DNA of 64,000 nt from a virus: the IMG/VR virus record IMGVR_UViG_3300007177_000160, positions 50,266 to 114,265 of that record, one strand, 5' to 3'. The notes under the pieces are model-generated. The model worked only from the letters and a program-made list of their open reading frames with translations, made no database searches and was not told the DNA's origin. This document shows positions 49,202-58,020 of the stretch, one piece after another. The position numbers were made by a program, and so were the translations under genes. Numbering within the stretch: position 1 is the stretch's first letter; the number at the start of each line of letters is the position of its first letter.

Positions 49202-50037
49202 TATTTAATATGGTATTTTACAAAACGATTACGAGCCTTTACAACACTATCTGCACTTTGCTGTTTTGTTTTAGTCAACAAGTAAGAGAAAGCAGCTTGT
49301 AGTTTTGCTAACTGATCTTGTTTATAATATTGGAACTTGCGTTCTATTTGTGCTGCGCTTTCATCCAATTGAGAATGCCAAAGCATTTCAAAGAATTTAA
49401 ACTTTAGATAAGATTTAATGTATTCTTCTACCTCTAGAATTTCAGGAACCATAGGAATCCCTTCATCGTCTACGGGACGAGCAAAGTATCTAACATAAAT
49501 ACAACCCTCCTCAAAAGAAGAACTTACAGTCCTATTATCATGAATTTGAATTACATCAGGGCTTGGGTGAGTTAGATTAGGACATCCTTCAGTACATAGT
49601 GATTTTGATCCGTGATAAACTCTCAACCACTTTGGATTCTTCATTGTAATCTTAAATCCAGGAGTAGGTATCATCAACTGCTCAAAAAACTCGGTTTTAG
49701 GACTACAGTCTACACAGCCATCTAGTACTTCATAAGATTGATACCAGTAGCCCTTTAGTGCAACCATACCTGCAGAAAAAGTAATATCTGAATCGTATAA
49801 TGTAGCTCGATCTAACAGAGCAAAATCACAAGGTAATTCCGACTTGTAATTAACAAAATGAAGTACAGCATCTTCAGGTTTCAAAACCATTACCTTTAAC
49901 TTACGCAAGGCTTGATCTATAAATGTAGGAATCAAAACCTCACTAACAGCTCCAGCCTCAAAATAAGACTTTAACTCTTGCTTTACTTCAGCAATAAGTG
50001 GCTCAGAGGTTATGAAGTTTATATGTTCGTACTTCAT
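49201..50037 (-). CDS. Tail tubular/ring protein
   Basis: 278 aa; DDEGIPMVP motif; upstream of the stabilization protein as in crAss-like tail modules. Confidence 0.6.
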   Translation of the reverse strand: MKYEHINFITSEPLIAEVKQELKSYFEAGAVSEVLIPTFIDQALRKLKVMVLKPEDAVLHFVNYKSELPCDFALLDRATLYDSDITFSAGMVALKGYWYQSYEVLDGCVDCSPKTEFFEQLMIPTPGFKITMKNPKWLRVYHGSKSLCTEGCPNLTHPSPDVIQIHDNRTVSSSFEEGCIYVRYFARPVDDEGIPMVPEILEVEEYIKSYLKFKFFEMLWHSQLDESAAQIERKFQYYKQDQLAKLQAAFSYLLTKTKQQSADSVVKARNRFVKYHIK

Positions 50038-50492
50038 CGTAGTAGTTCGTTATTTTTTATTTTTTGAGCTAATGCTCTTTGGTGTTTTACAGCTAGGCTA
50101 AATTTAAAAAAGGTTAAAGACACATGCTTCTTTTGATAGAAGTAAAAATGAACTTTATACAGTTTACCATTTGTATGAGTGTTTCTGTACGGAACCCACT
50201 CTCCTGTTTTTCGGTATCTTCCCCAGTCAATTCGTAAAGAAAGATCTCTATAGGGAGTAAGCTTTAACATACGCAAAGTCCCAAATTTAGGAATCTTAAT
50301 TGCGTACTGTCCAGAGTAAAGTTTGTTAATTGCTTTCTCGTGGATTAAAGCTGGTACTTTAGAAAATACCTCAAAGGAAATGTCAGAACGGCCTGTTTCT
50401 TTTATAAATTGTCGATAAGCTTTTTTTGTCGAGTTGTTTACGTCAGATTTTCTAGTTTTATACTTAGGTGGTTGGCTTACTTTAACTTCCAT
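50034..50492 (-). CDS. IHF/HU-like basic DNA-binding protein
   Basis: Basic; AIKIPKFGTLRM beta-arm motif; crAss-like position. Confidence 0.55.
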   Translation of the reverse strand: MEVKVSQPPKYKTRKSDVNNSTKKAYRQFIKETGRSDISFEVFSKVPALIHEKAINKLYSGQYAIKIPKFGTLRMLKLTPYRDLSLRIDWGRYRKTGEWVPYRNTHTNGKLYKVHFYFYQKKHVSLTFFKFSLAVKHQRALAQKIKNNELLR

Positions 50493-50494
50493 AA

Positions 50495-51136
50495 TTACAT
50501 TTGTTCATCTCTATTGTTATCTTCTTGTTCCACAGGTAACTTATGGTAGTTAATTAAATCTTGATTAACTAACTGAATTAATGGATCTAAAAGATAAGGC
50601 GCTATCTTAAATTGTTTGTCGTACATACTCATGCAGGCGGAACCGTCAGCGTCCTCAATAGACTCAGTAAAATAAGCATACATGTTTACTGACTCAATGT
50701 CTGGATCAAGAACATAAAGATATCCGTTTCTAATAGTGTAGTATTTACGATTAGATTTAATTCTTAACCTAGAGTGGTTAATAAAATCTCTAATTGTAGT
50801 TGGAAACAATTCTTCGGAGTTAGATGTATTAAAGACACCTTGAATAAAATAAGAATAAAGTCCTTCTTCAATTTGAGGAAGTTTGTTCTTTGTTCTACGA
50901 ATAGGGCAACCTAAGTCGCACTCTGCTCCTGGAGCCTCAATTAAACATACGCACTCGTATGCTTGGTAGAGATTATCTGAGTAAAGTAATTTTTTTAAGT
51001 TGACTTCTCTTTTAATTAAAACAGAGGCTTTACTCTTTAGCAAGCTATAGATAAAACGATCGCTAATTAAGTCATCATCGCTGACAAACTTATTAGCACT
51101 TTTAACTCTTGCAATTAATTCACCGTTGGTAACCAT
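50495..51136 (-). CDS. Tail ring/adaptor protein
   Basis: 213 aa; YYTIRNGYLYV; crAss-like gene order. Confidence 0.55.
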   Translation of the reverse strand: MVTNGELIARVKSANKFVSDDDLISDRFIYSLLKSKASVLIKREVNLKKLLYSDNLYQAYECVCLIEAPGAECDLGCPIRRTKNKLPQIEEGLYSYFIQGVFNTSNSEELFPTTIRDFINHSRLRIKSNRKYYTIRNGYLYVLDPDIESVNMYAYFTESIEDADGSACMSMYDKQFKIAPYLLDPLIQLVNQDLINYHKLPVEQEDNNRDEQM

Positions 51137-51150
51137 AACTTGCTTTATTA

Positions 51151-51180
51151 CAAATATAAATAAATTTAAAGTTTAGTCAA
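51151..51180 (-). promoter_or_regulatory. Bacteroidota sigma-type promoter for the tail operon
   Basis: TTG-N19-TATATTTG, 14 nt upstream of the ATG. Confidence 0.75.
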
Positions 51181-51202
51181 GTTTAGCGTTGGTTAGTTTA
51201 AA

Positions 51203-51235
51203 CTGATAGAGCCTAGTCTCCTAGGCTCATTTCAG
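51203..51235 (-). terminator. Hairpin downstream of the tail fibre gene
   Basis: GAGCCTAG-tctc-CTAGGCTC with an extended CTGA/TCAG stem; short T-run on the - strand. Confidence 0.55.
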
Positions 51236-51274
51236 CATTAGACAGGGGAAACCAACCTAAATCCTGTCAATATC

Positions 51275-53191
51275 TTATATAGCGTAGGTAACGCCTCCTA
51301 TTACTATTTCAATCAAGTCTCCTGAAGTAAGTACGATACCTCCCGCAGGATTCATTAAATTTAAATTTAAGTTACCTCCAGGTGTAATGTGTCCCGTAGC
51401 TCTAGTATAAATTGAAGAGTAGTTTGCTCCTACTTTAATGTATAGTTCTGCGTTAAAGTACACATCAGTTGAAGCAGGTCTTACTGCTGCAGGTAATGTA
51501 GCTACTAACTTAGAGGCTAAATGGTTCCAAGTAAAGCTTATAATATTAAGCTGAAGTACACCGTGTAGAGTTACCATGTTTCCGTGCAATACTGCGTAAG
51601 GAAAAGGTTGACCTCCTAATGGGAATCTAGTAGCATTAACTACCGCAAACTCAACAGAACTTGCACCAATCAACGGATGAATAACTGGAGTATTATTAAC
51701 TAAAGCTAAGTCAAAGGCAACCTCACTTGCACTTACAGTCTTAGTAACTCCAGCAGTTGAGCCGTTTACTTTTACAGTAATTGCTTTGTTCTTCCAAACT
51801 GCTGATTCATAAGTCAAAATATCTCCGTTAGAAGGCGAAGCTATAATTACGTCTCCTAAGTCATTCAATACAGCAGCATTCAAACTAGCTGGAGTAAATG
51901 CAACTCCTGCAGCTAAACCAATTGTAGGACCGCATGCTCCTGCAGTAATGGTAAATTTCGTGTTATCGAATTTTATGTTTAGCGTAGAAAGAACTGCTAC
52001 TATACGATCTAATTGAGTTTGTAAAGTAGCTGCTGTGTTGGTGTAGTTCCAGGTTTGTCCAGTAAATACTGAGTTAGCTGGGAAAGAACCAGGGAAACAA
52101 GATGCCCAAGTTAGTGCGTAGTTTGCAGTAGGTACTGTTAACAAAGTTCCGTTAATACTAGCAACTTGAGCAACCAATAAGTTAATAGCTGCTGACGCAG
52201 TACTAGTTGCAGATCCTCCAGGCAAAGAAGACGTGTTTACGTTTGCAGGAACTGCACCAGCGCCAGAGATATAGGTCTTTAAACTATTTGCTGTAGAAGT
52301 TACAGTAGTAATGTTACCATTTAGCGTAGTGTACATACCACACATGTTTGTGGTAATCCAATCAATATAGTGAGCAATATTATCAGTAGTTGGTCTAGCA
52401 GTAAACGTATAGGCTACGCAAGGATTTCCCATAATGGTTTCCATTTCTACATAGTTTCTGATTGTGTTTACATACGAGGTTAGTGCAGTTAAATACTGAT
52501 CCAAGTTATAAGTTGCAGGTAATCCTGGGATTGGTCCTTCAATACTATTCAAAATAATTTGAGCATCATAGTCTTGCAATGTTGTATTTAATGCACACAT
52601 TGCAGCAGATGCAGACTGAACAAATTGAGGTTCGGTAGTAATTGGAGTTCCAATTCCTGTTAAGACTCCGTTTTGACGAAGGCAAGAGTAGTTTAATGCA
52701 GAATAGTCTACGCCACCGCCACCAACTACTGCAGAACACAAAGCATTGTGGAAAGTAGTAATAATGGTGTCTAAGTTAGCTCCTGTAGGAATAACTGCAT
52801 TTAGTGTTTGTACAGTTAACGTAATATCGTTAGCTGGAGAAGCACCTCCTACACTAGTTCCTAAAATCTTAATTTGATTTAAAGGAGCATATCCAGAACC
52901 TCTGTTAGCAATAATTACTGTGTAAGTATTACTTCCTGCAGTACGTACTACGTCGAAGGTAGCACCTACGCCTGAGCCGCTAAGGTTTACTCCAGATACA
53001 TTTGAGTGCGTAGTAGTAGTTCCAGGCACAACAGCAGTACCAGAAGCACTAATAGTTCCAAGTGCGCCAGTTGCGCAATATAAGTCTACGCCTGAGTAAG
53101 TAATACACTTAGCCCAGTTGGTCGATAAGCAACCTTGATCGCTGCAAGGTGCCACAACCGAAGATCCGTAACAATCAGTACAATGTCCCAT
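51275..53191 (-). CDS. Putative tail fibre/spike protein
   Basis: 638 aa, rich in G/S/T/A; NRGSGY, LNDLGDVIIASPSNGDILTY; C-terminal VATLPAAVRP fibre-like motif. Confidence 0.6.
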   Translation of the reverse strand: MGHCTDCYGSSVVAPCSDQGCLSTNWAKCITYSGVDLYCATGALGTISASGTAVVPGTTTTHSNVSGVNLSGSGVGATFDVVRTAGSNTYTVIIANRGSGYAPLNQIKILGTSVGGASPANDITLTVQTLNAVIPTGANLDTIITTFHNALCSAVVGGGGVDYSALNYSCLRQNGVLTGIGTPITTEPQFVQSASAAMCALNTTLQDYDAQIILNSIEGPIPGLPATYNLDQYLTALTSYVNTIRNYVEMETIMGNPCVAYTFTARPTTDNIAHYIDWITTNMCGMYTTLNGNITTVTSTANSLKTYISGAGAVPANVNTSSLPGGSATSTASAAINLLVAQVASINGTLLTVPTANYALTWASCFPGSFPANSVFTGQTWNYTNTAATLQTQLDRIVAVLSTLNIKFDNTKFTITAGACGPTIGLAAGVAFTPASLNAAVLNDLGDVIIASPSNGDILTYESAVWKNKAITVKVNGSTAGVTKTVSASEVAFDLALVNNTPVIHPLIGASSVEFAVVNATRFPLGGQPFPYAVLHGNMVTLHGVLQLNIISFTWNHLASKLVATLPAAVRPASTDVYFNAELYIKVGANYSSIYTRATGHITPGGNLNLNLMNPAGGIVLTSGDLIEIVIGGVTYAI

Positions 53192-53199
53192 AGTTTAAT

Positions 53200-53751
53200 T
53201 TATTGAATAGTATCGCAGCACAAACAAATCTTTTTAATCAAAGCCTGAAGTAATACTCCTAGGGTTTGAATCTGTTGAGTTGGATCGCAAGGATCATTGC
53301 CTAAACAAGCGGCATATCCATTTTGTTGCATCCAATTTTTAAAATCAGGACTCAATGGTAAATCTTCCCAATGAAGATTGCCTGAATTTACGTTGATGTT
53401 CTCGTTTACTAAATAGTTTAATCTAGAACGAAGTTCGCAGATTACTCCTACAAGTTTAAGAACTACTTCAGACGAATAATATTTATCGTCTTTTACTGTT
53501 ATAGTGCTAGTATTGATAACAGGAGTAGTGCCGCAAGCTGTGTTAGCTGTGTCTAATGCGGTTTTGTCTATACCTACCCGAACATCTAATGAGGTTAAGT
53601 TGTCATCGAACAACTTAATGATATCATTAATATAAGGATCACAGTAGTCCTGTTTATCAATAAGTCCTCCTTCGGTAGGAGTACCAGTGTATCGAACGCA
53701 CCCTGATGGTGTTAGTTCTACGCAGTTATTTGTTTGACAACATTTGGCCAT
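53200..53751 (-). CDS. Cys-rich structural (fibre-associated) protein
   Basis: CVRYTG N-terminal motif similar to CITYSG in the neighbouring fibre protein. Confidence 0.55.
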   Translation of the reverse strand: MAKCCQTNNCVELTPSGCVRYTGTPTEGGLIDKQDYCDPYINDIIKLFDDNLTSLDVRVGIDKTALDTANTACGTTPVINTSTITVKDDKYYSSEVVLKLVGVICELRSRLNYLVNENINVNSGNLHWEDLPLSPDFKNWMQQNGYAACLGNDPCDPTQQIQTLGVLLQALIKKICLCCDTIQ

Positions 53752-53752
53752 G

Positions 53753-53941
53753 TTAGTGTTTTGTTTTAAAATTTAAAGTTTGTGCGCAATCTAAGCAATG
53801 TTGGTATCTAAGAAAGCTTGCGTACTTTCTAGACTTTTTATGATATGGTTTAGTGAGATACTTGATATGCTGCAACTCTTTGTAGGCAGCATTAGCAAGT
53901 TTCTTCTTAACAGTCAAGTTCAATTCTTCTGAGTAAGTCAT
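53753..53941 (-). CDS. Small hypothetical protein
   Basis: Likely ATG at 53941 (MTYSEEL...), 62 aa. Confidence 0.5.
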   Translation of the reverse strand: MTYSEELNLTVKKKLANAAYKELQHIKYLTKPYHKKSRKYASFLRYQHCLDCAQTLNFKTKH

Positions 53942-54419
53942 CTGCTTTTCTATAAAGTTCAGTGGCTTTTTCTGGGTTGCACAAATCGGCTTGAGCCTCA
54001 GCTCCCCGTAACAAGAAGTCAATTTTATCTAAGTAGTATAACATTTTTTCATCGTCGCAGCAATCAACGTACTTAACCCACTGAGCAGCTAGGCGACAAT
54101 CAATGTTACAGGTTCTTAGATGGAATCTACTATTTAATCCTAAGTCAGGACAAGTAGTAATAGTCAAATGGTAAACACCGTCAGGTAATTGATACTGAGC
54201 GCTGTCCTCATCATTTGCAACTAAGCCAAACGAATAAGCGTTTAAAATATTTATCTCGTTTAAGATAAAAGGAAAGTTATATGGAGTATCATAACCTGGT
54301 ACATCAATAGTGATACTAGCAGTATCAGGTGGTACTGGATAGTAGGACGTATCAAGTACAGCCATGCTGCCACAGTCCTTTGATTTATATACTTCTAAGT
54401 TTAGTTTAATGTTTGGCAT
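53907..54419 (-). CDS. Structural protein (tail hub/fibre-attachment-like)
   Basis: 170 aa; LPDGVYHLT motif. Confidence 0.55.
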   Translation of the reverse strand: MPNIKLNLEVYKSKDCGSMAVLDTSYYPVPPDTASITIDVPGYDTPYNFPFILNEINILNAYSFGLVANDEDSAQYQLPDGVYHLTITTCPDLGLNSRFHLRTCNIDCRLAAQWVKYVDCCDDEKMLYYLDKIDFLLRGAEAQADLCNPEKATELYRKADDLLRRIELDC

Positions 54420-54426
54420 AGGTTTA

Positions 54427-54451
54427 AATAAAGGGGAGATTTCTCTCCCCT
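54427..54451 (-). terminator. Hairpin/terminator
   Basis: AGGGGAGA-gaaa-TCTCCCCT followed by TTATTT on the - strand. Confidence 0.65.
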
Positions 54452-54461
54452 ATTAAGTTGT

Positions 54462-54908
54462 TTAGAAAATTGCAAAAGCAACAGTTACAGTTCCAGTGTT
54501 TGCAACAACGCCTCCTAAAGAGATTGAGCAAGAACCTGCTACAATGTTATCTACTTGTACAGCAATTAAGCCAGAACCAGTAGTATCATTTACTACAGCA
54601 AGAATTACAGAATCAGCTTTAATAAAGCTATTGTTCAACGTAAACGTAGACATAGCACCTGCAGCAATAGTAGCACTTACAGTTGTAATCTCACCAGCAG
54701 GCTGGTTAAGAGTAACAGCAGTTGTAATACTTCCACTTTGAGTAACTACACCTTTAGTCAAAGAAACAAACTTGGCACAGCAAGTTGGATTCTTTAATAG
54801 GTTAACTAAAAACTTTTCCAAAGAAGCGCCAGGGACAGCTTTGCTTTGGGTGTTCTTGCTTGTAACTAACTCTACGTATGTTCCATTTTTTAAGATTAAA
54901 TCTTTCAT
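54462..54908 (-). CDS. Putative head fibre/decoration protein
   Basis: VTQSGSITTAVTLNQPAGEITT..FTLNNSFI beta-rich pattern. Confidence 0.55.
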   Translation of the reverse strand: MKDLILKNGTYVELVTSKNTQSKAVPGASLEKFLVNLLKNPTCCAKFVSLTKGVVTQSGSITTAVTLNQPAGEITTVSATIAAGAMSTFTLNNSFIKADSVILAVVNDTTGSGLIAVQVDNIVAGSCSISLGGVVANTGTVTVAFAIF

Positions 54909-54929
54909 TTATTTTTTGGGTTAAAGGTT

Positions 54930-54954
54930 AAAAAGGGGGAGTGTTACCTCCCCC
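54930..54954 (-). terminator. Intrinsic terminator
   Basis: GGGGGAG-gtaaca-CTCCCCC followed by TTTTT. Confidence 0.75.
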
Positions 54955-54961
54955 AAGTAGA

Positions 54962-56278
54962 TTACACGTGAAGTGAAGTAGGCAATACGTTGTTCAACGC
55001 AGTAGTTACTGCAGCAGTTACACCAGCAGCAGCCAACACAACCAACGAATGAGTGTTGCGAGTCTTATTCTCAAATCCTACAGGAGAATCTTCCAAATAA
55101 GTAATTTCGTACATGTCATAAGTAGTAGAAGAGTTAACGTACAAGTACTGGTTAGCATCTTCGTTGTAGATTGGATTCCAGTAGTAACGAGCTTCTGCAA
55201 CTGCAGGCAAGTTATTAGTGAAGTGGTGACGCTCGAACTCGGCCATAGCAGTACCAACACCTACAGGATACTTGATGTCTTGAACCTTAGTTACAGACCA
55301 GTTTCCGCAATCTGAAGGTAAGTCAAAATCCATAGTAGTGAAAGGACCTTTGTGAACTACAGCTTGGAAACGAACCAAGTTGAACACGTAAGGAACTGCA
55401 TCAGGAACGCAAGCGTTTCCGAAAGCATCCAAAGCTTTACCAGTTAACTTGATACCGCAAGCAGTAACAGAACCAGCAGTTGCTTCGAATTTTTCCCAAG
55501 CAATACCATTGTAAGGAGGTAACTCCTGAGCACCGCTATTGATAGCAGCTACGTTAGAAGTCAACTCATACATGATGTTAGTGTCGTTACCGTCACCGTC
55601 GGTGTCAGAAGTAACTACGATGTCAGTGGTGCTGTTTGCTACATAAGAAGCATAAGCGGCACGTACAGCAGTAGTTGGATCTGTACCAGGATCAGGAAGA
55701 ACCAAACGGAACTTGTAAGTAGGCGCAGTACCTTTGTTTACGATAGCAGCACTTACATACTTACTCAACAAAGGATTGTTGTTCACTTTGTTTACCAATT
55801 CAATCATGAATGGGTAGCAACCTAAAGCGTCGCAGTTTCCGCCACATTCAGTGCAGCAAGTGGTTTTAACACGTACTGATTCCTGAATCATAGGCTGGAA
55901 TACGCCTTTAGACCAATACTCATCAATCTTGATGGTTAAAGTGTACTCTTCGTCACAACCAAATACGGGAGACTTAGAATCGTTAACCTCATCGTAACCG
56001 ATGTAAGTGATCTGCTGTTGTACAGTAGTATCAGCTACAGTTTTACGAGTAGAGATGATGTTAGACAATTTGATGGGGGAACTTTTGAAAGAACCGTATT
56101 TGCTACCTACAGCAGCAGAACCGATAGCTACCAAGAAGTCTGCATCAGCTGCAGTACCACCAATGTTAGCATAAGTGCTAGGGTTGTAAATACCCATCAC
56201 TTGTTTTCCTAATCCGTCGGTACCTAGAGAAGTATCTACTGAGGTAGGAACGAATACTTGTGTGATTTTGTGATTCAT
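54962..56278 (-). CDS. Auxiliary capsid/structural protein
   Basis: 438 aa near the MCP; codon usage rich in C-ending codons like the MCP, suggesting high expression. Confidence 0.6.
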   Translation of the reverse strand: MNHKITQVFVPTSVDTSLGTDGLGKQVMGIYNPSTYANIGGTAADADFLVAIGSAAVGSKYGSFKSSPIKLSNIISTRKTVADTTVQQQITYIGYDEVNDSKSPVFGCDEEYTLTIKIDEYWSKGVFQPMIQESVRVKTTCCTECGGNCDALGCYPFMIELVNKVNNNPLLSKYVSAAIVNKGTAPTYKFRLVLPDPGTDPTTAVRAAYASYVANSTTDIVVTSDTDGDGNDTNIMYELTSNVAAINSGAQELPPYNGIAWEKFEATAGSVTACGIKLTGKALDAFGNACVPDAVPYVFNLVRFQAVVHKGPFTTMDFDLPSDCGNWSVTKVQDIKYPVGVGTAMAEFERHHFTNNLPAVAEARYYWNPIYNEDANQYLYVNSSTTYDMYEITYLEDSPVGFENKTRNTHSLVVLAAAGVTAAVTTALNNVLPTSLHV

Positions 56279-56290
56279 GTTATTTTATTT

Positions 56291-57007
56291 TTATTCTGAG
56301 TTTCTAACTATACGATCCTCTGCAAAAGCAGCTTGAATTTGATTATCATTTGAGTGTGCAGCAAATTTTACAGCAAGGTCAACTATGTCAGGCTTTGCAT
56401 ATGCAGGCAACTCACAGTCGACATTCTGAGAAAGAGTACCATCAAACTTTTCGTATCCCTCAAAGTCAATTTGATTTGGATAACGTAGGTAAGTTAAATA
56501 CACTTCCTTAATGGAAAAATCTGGGTAGTGATACACGAACAACTTATCATCGCCAATGGTAGCCAGTGTGCTTCTCCATTCAAATGAAGGGCTAAAGTTT
56601 GTATCTAAGTATCTTGTACCTAAATCACCATGTTTAATTAAATCTACTGACATGTTCACTTCGCACTTTTTCTGCTTAGCAATACAATGACAAGATAGAT
56701 AAAACATATAATCTGCGGCATCCTCTAAAGAACATTCATAGCTCTGGTAGAAGAGGTCGTTAGTTTTAACGGGCTTTAAGAGAACATTAGTTTTCTTCAA
56801 TACTTGAAGATCATCAATTCGTTTTCTTATGGAATCAAAACCTGCTTTGTATACGTTGTTTGGATTAATTTTTGTTTTAATCCAAGAAAGTTGAGCACGA
56901 TTAAGATAAATGACGATATCCTCGATTGGAATATCGACATTATCTTGACGATTAACTTTATTAATCATCAACTTAAACTCGTATATCAACTCTTGAACAG
57001 GTATCAT
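56291..57007 (-). CDS. Ring/head-tail adaptor protein
   Basis: IYLNRAQ, GFDSIRKRIDDL, YLRYP, CELP..IVDLAV motifs of crAss-like ring proteins. Confidence 0.6.
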   Translation of the reverse strand: MIPVQELIYEFKLMINKVNRQDNVDIPIEDIVIYLNRAQLSWIKTKINPNNVYKAGFDSIRKRIDDLQVLKKTNVLLKPVKTNDLFYQSYECSLEDAADYMFYLSCHCIAKQKKCEVNMSVDLIKHGDLGTRYLDTNFSPSFEWRSTLATIGDDKLFVYHYPDFSIKEVYLTYLRYPNQIDFEGYEKFDGTLSQNVDCELPAYAKPDIVDLAVKFAAHSNDNQIQAAFAEDRIVRNSE

Positions 57008-57945
57008 TATAGGTTATTGATTGTTACTTTTTGTTTTAGTTTGTCTTTGAATGATTCGTACTCCTGAGTGTTTTTAGGATCAGCCAATAAAAGTTCAAAC
57101 TCTTCTATTGATTTAGCCCAACTATGTTCACCCTCATAAACTACAGAACCTTTCACTCGTACAATATTAGTATCTATTAAATCTTTTACAAGTGCTTTTA
57201 CTTCTAACAAGTCTTCACTGTAAGATACAATGCGAATAAAGTTTTCGATTGGATCTGTTTGAAGGGCGCTTGTAGGGGTACGTAAGTACTCATCTAAAGC
57301 AATGTATACTTGTTCTTCTGTTGCATCTACAGGTAAGCCCAAGCCAATAAGTTTTTGAACTTTTCTGCGTTTTACTGCGGACATTTTATCCAATGCAGCA
57401 ATTGCGCTGTTAATTCTCTTCTTACGCTCAAACGTTACTTTAGACTCTACAGTACCGTCGTATACAAAGAACTTTACCAAAGCACTATCTACCTCTCCCG
57501 ATTCAATAGCATCAAGACTTTCTGCAATCATTTCTGTCTCCATAAGCCAGAAAAAGTTTACAGCATCTCTTGGATTTTCCATGTTAAAAATGTTATCGCC
57601 ATCTTCTAAGCTGATTCCATTTTCTTTTATTTCGTCATAGAACGTGGAGTTAGGCTCTAAAGATTCGTCGAGTATTGCTTCGTAGTATTCTTTCAACTGC
57701 TTTACTCTATCCATCTCTTGTTGTCTAACTTTTAAATCTAGAATAGATTTTAACTTTTGTGAGTTTTCATCTAAACCAGTTCTGATTACTCCTCTTGAAT
57801 CTGTCTTGGGATAAAACTTACGAGCAGTTCCAGGAATAAATGAGTAACCGTTTGTGTACAATGATCCTTCTAATGTGCGAAGATTAGTTGGTGGTTTTTT
57901 GTAAGGTCTGATAATACGCACACCTTTTGTTATATTATTTTTCAT
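57007..57945 (-). CDS. Conserved crAss-like protein downstream of the MCP
   Basis: 312-aa ORF in the conserved position. Confidence 0.6.
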   Translation of the reverse strand: MKNNITKGVRIIRPYKKPPTNLRTLEGSLYTNGYSFIPGTARKFYPKTDSRGVIRTGLDENSQKLKSILDLKVRQQEMDRVKQLKEYYEAILDESLEPNSTFYDEIKENGISLEDGDNIFNMENPRDAVNFFWLMETEMIAESLDAIESGEVDSALVKFFVYDGTVESKVTFERKKRINSAIAALDKMSAVKRRKVQKLIGLGLPVDATEEQVYIALDEYLRTPTSALQTDPIENFIRIVSYSEDLLEVKALVKDLIDTNIVRVKGSVVYEGEHSWAKSIEEFELLLADPKNTQEYESFKDKLKQKVTINNL

Positions 57946-57982
57946 GGTTGGTTTATTTTTTGGTTTAATCTTTATCTCTAAT

Positions 57983-58004
57983 GGGGGAGTTTTAAGGCTC
58001 CCCC
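57983..58004 (-). other. GC-rich hairpin after the MCP stop (mRNA-stabilising or weak terminator)
   Basis: GGGGGAG-ccttaaaa-CTCCCCC with no U-tract. Confidence 0.55.
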
Positions 58005-58020
58005 GTCAGAGACCGCTAGA

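Noticed and set aside
53753-54022. Programmed frameshift between the 170-aa and 89-aa overlapping ORFs
   Set aside because: An internal ATG at 53941 reduces the overlap to 35 nt and no clear slippery site is seen
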